A DNA stretch of 63,688 nt, counting the filler. It is 5 parts of 5 records of this genome, joined end to end, with 100 filler letters (N's around TTAATTAATTAA, not from the genome) between each part and the next. Parts side by side here need not be neighbours in the genome. Positions count along the whole stretch, not along the records: positions 53,973 to 63,688 come from SRR20825019_560; 4 more parts are not named here. The stretch is one strand, 5' to 3'. The notes beneath the pieces were generated by a model, which searched no databases, had not been told where the DNA came from, and worked only from the letters and a program-made list of their open reading frames with translations. Of this stretch, positions 61,539 through 63,688 are shown in pieces; position 1 is the first letter of the stretch, and each line of letters starts with the position of its first letter. The translations under genes were made by a program, and so were the position numbers.

Positions 61539-63688
61539 ATGAGCAGTGAAAACGGTGTAAGCGACGTGCTTCACAACATATCTCGCCTCGAGACCCGTGC
61601 ACGCCACATGGCGGTTGGATCGGGAACCACCCGTGTAGCCCGCAATGCCAAGAGCGTCTACGATGCATCGTGCCGTGTCCTGGCTGGTGTCCAGAGCTCC
61701 TCCACCGACCCCACCTCCAGCTCCGATGCCTTCCTTGCCAACATTATGGGTTTCGATATTGCTGAACAGCAGCGTGTTCTCCACCAAATGTCTAGTAACC
61801 AGGCCCAATTCTCCCCATCCCAAGAGGAGGTCGAGGGCCCAACCACCTCTGCCCAGTCCACCGTGGATTTGGAGGCCTTCCTTGCCCGCCGCAGGATGGA
61901 GGCACTTGAGCGCACTGTGAAGGAGGTGCATTACATGTTTGATCAGGAGCAGCAGCTGGTCAATGATGCCTACGTCACCGAGGCCATCGACGACCGTACC
62001 AATGAGATCGCCGATATGCTGGGCCTTAGCAGCCTTCGCTTGTTGGAGATGCAGCGTCCCCCTGTCGAGCTCACCAGCACCCAGAGCCTAAGCTTGGCTG
62101 CCGAGGAGAAGGTCCGTGCCTTTGCCGATGTAGTTGAGGGAGCTCCCACCCCTGCTTGGCCTGATCTACTCACCAACGTCGCCATCGAGCATGTCGGTGG
62201 TGATCTGGATGACCCCTCCGCGGTGCTGTGGTCCACCGCCCAGGGCATCATTTCGTACCGTGCCGATAACCCAGGGGGTGACCCATCCCCCGTCCTGGCA
62301 GCGGCTTGCAGTCGTGCTGTGCTCGAGGACAAGTACCTCATGCAGATCTTCGCTACCGTCCTCCAGGCCGATGCAGGACACTTCGAGGAGTTGTCTCGTA
62401 TGCACCCCTCCAAAATGAGGGGGTACATTTCCCAATTCTGCTCCGATAAGCGTCAGGACAACATGTGGTTCCACATCTATGTTGCGCTCCGCGCTGGGCG
62501 GTATGAGACCGCTCACCTGATCGCCCTTGAAAACGGAAACCAGACCCTCGCCACAGCCATCAAGCAGGTGTCTTCCCTGCCTGTTATCCACCGTAACTCG
62601 TCTAGGGCAAACGCCGATATCTACGTACTTTGGAACGACGAGCAGACCCGTGATGACGCATACAGGTGTGCCGTGCTGTTGGTCCTTGCCGGATCTAATA
62701 TCAATGCCACCAGAGAGGCTGCGGTCCAACTACTTGATACCCTGTGTGGTCGCATTGCTGTTACACTGGAGGACATCCTCTGGCTTCGACTTGCCGTGGT
62801 CCGCAGCGTAGGTGACAGCGATGAGGGTATCATCCACAACCTCGTCGAGCTCCAGCGGCGAGTCTTGGAGGATAAGCCCCATATTTTGGCTATGGTAGGC
62901 GGTGATCCAATCAAGTATGCCACCACCATGTTGCACTGCCTGCTCCCCTCCACCGCAGTCCGTGTCCTTCTTGACAACCCCCCCACCACCGTTGATGGTA
63001 CTCACATTGGCCTTATGTTCGACGCCTTCAATCAGATCACCTTCACCGTGATGGAGGCCCCCGTCGACGTGCCAACCCTCCTACGCCGTCATTCCCAGCT
63101 GCTCCTTACAGTTCCCACCAGGGAGGGACGTCCCAGTCCTGCCCGTGCCATCTTCGACTACTTCTCCAAGGCCGAGCGTGGTAAGAGCTTCGTGTCATTA
63201 TGTACCTCTGCCCAGATGGTATCCAGGCTGTTCGGCCGCATCGATGATCGCACAGGTAGGGAGGGAGAGCTGCTACGCTCTGTCCCCTCCGTCGACTTAC
63301 TCGACGCCATGGAGCTCATTGCCCGCGAGCTGATCAATACTGGTAGCATCCTTGCCGTGCACGTGCTCATCGTACTAGATCGTTGCTCCTGTGCCCGTAA
63401 GGAGTATACCCGCGGTGCCGCTGCCCTCCACTCGGCCATCCGCTCCATCACCCCCAAGATGTCCCACGCCATCCACAGCGTACGCCAGCACCGCGACCCC
63501 CAGCTCCTGCACACCGTCAACTGCCTGCATGAGGATATCTCCACATCTCGCCACGACCTCCCCAACGACGACGTCGATACCTTCCGCACCCTCCGAGCCC
63601 TGCTGACCGTCCACGTGACATCCATCCAGGGAGATGATGAGACTGCCTTCCGCGTTGTGTCCGCCATCCCCTTCATACCCCACACCCC
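61539..63688 (+). CDS. NUP93: Nup93/Nic96-family nucleoporin; 3' truncated, absent from ORF track
   Basis: open frame from ATG 61539; DLEAFL, WFHIYVALRAG, DAYRCAV, TLEDILWLRL motifs. Confidence 0.8.
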   Translation, partial: MSSENGVSDVLHNISRLETRARHMAVGSGTTRVARNAKSVYDASCRVLAGVQSSSTDPTSSSDAFLANIMGFDIAEQQRVLHQMSSNQAQFSPSQEEVEGPTTSAQSTVDLEAFLARRRMEALERTVKEVHYMFDQEQQLVNDAYVTEAIDDRTNEIADMLGLSSLRLLEMQRPPVELTSTQSLSLAAEEKVRAFADVVEGAPTPAWPDLLTNVAIEHVGGDLDDPSAVLWSTAQGIISYRADNPGGDPSPVLAAACSRAVLEDKYLMQIFATVLQADAGHFEELSRMHPSKMRGYISQFCSDKRQDNMWFHIYVALRAGRYETAHLIALENGNQTLATAIKQVSSLPVIHRNSSRANADIYVLWNDEQTRDDAYRCAVLLVLAGSNINATREAAVQLLDTLCGRIAVTLEDILWLRLAVVRSVGDSDEGIIHNLVELQRRVLEDKPHILAMVGGDPIKYATTMLHCLLPSTAVRVLLDNPPTTVDGTHIGLMFDAFNQITFTVMEAPVDVPTLLRRHSQLLLTVPTREGRPSPARAIFDYFSKAERGKSFVSLCTSAQMVSRLFGRIDDRTGREGELLRSVPSVDLLDAMELIARELINTGSILAVHVLIVLDRCSCARKEYTRGAAALHSAIRSITPKMSHAIHSVRQHRDPQLLHTVNCLHEDISTSRHDLPNDDVDTFRTLRALLTVHVTSIQGDDETAFRVVSAIPFIPHT

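Noticed and set aside
61521-63685. Listed short ORFs in this region
   Set aside because: Explained by the unlisted + strand Nup93 frame starting at 61539
53973-63688. Stop-codon reassignment or a spliced-leader RNA gene
   Set aside because: ORFs end normally in TAA/TAG with no in-frame stops; no SL exon sequence recognised

Overview
This window is not one locus. It is five contigs joined by identical artificial 100-nt spacers (N44-TTAATTAATTAA-N44) at 8527-8626, 20222-20321, 35884-35983 and 53873-53972. Contig 1 (1-8526) is a Rhizobiales-type (pro)phage early/replication operon on the minus strand with coupled stop/start junctions: HNH nuclease, GcrA-like and other HTH proteins, two DNA methyltransferases, a RuvC-like resolvase and DnaB. 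Contigs 2 (8627-20221) and 4 (35984-53872) come from a compact protist genome, probably one organism, with ~50-nt GT-AG introns and GC/CpG-rich islands at every gene 5' end. Contig 3 (20322-35883) is alphaproteobacterial chromosome: an amidohydrolase-PaiB-aminotransferase-SSADH-two-porin cluster, a YtrA-type GntR/ABC operon, an MCP, arsR-arsI-like, a cupin, rlmB-like, tRNA-Tyr and a partial tRNA-Gly. Contig 5 (53973-63688) is an intronless, co-oriented, kinetoplastid-like gene array (RRM, F-box-like, CAF-1 p60, Nup93). The best candidate for a new system is in contig 3: a ~370-nt U-poor modular structured leader plus an unannotated 43-aa Arg/His-rich ORF, lying between a palindromic operator and the GntR-ABC operon. 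Other highlights are a secreted DOPA-dioxygenase-like enzyme fused to an 8-Cys knottin, an EF-hand/NPHP4-like fusion, a tail-anchored CC1-box dynein-adaptor-like protein, a tandem carbonic-anhydrase-like protein with altered Zn ligands, and phage mini-proteins carrying SSB-tail and clamp-binding motifs. All family calls rest on motif recognition by eye; no searches were run, and eukaryotic exon models are approximate.
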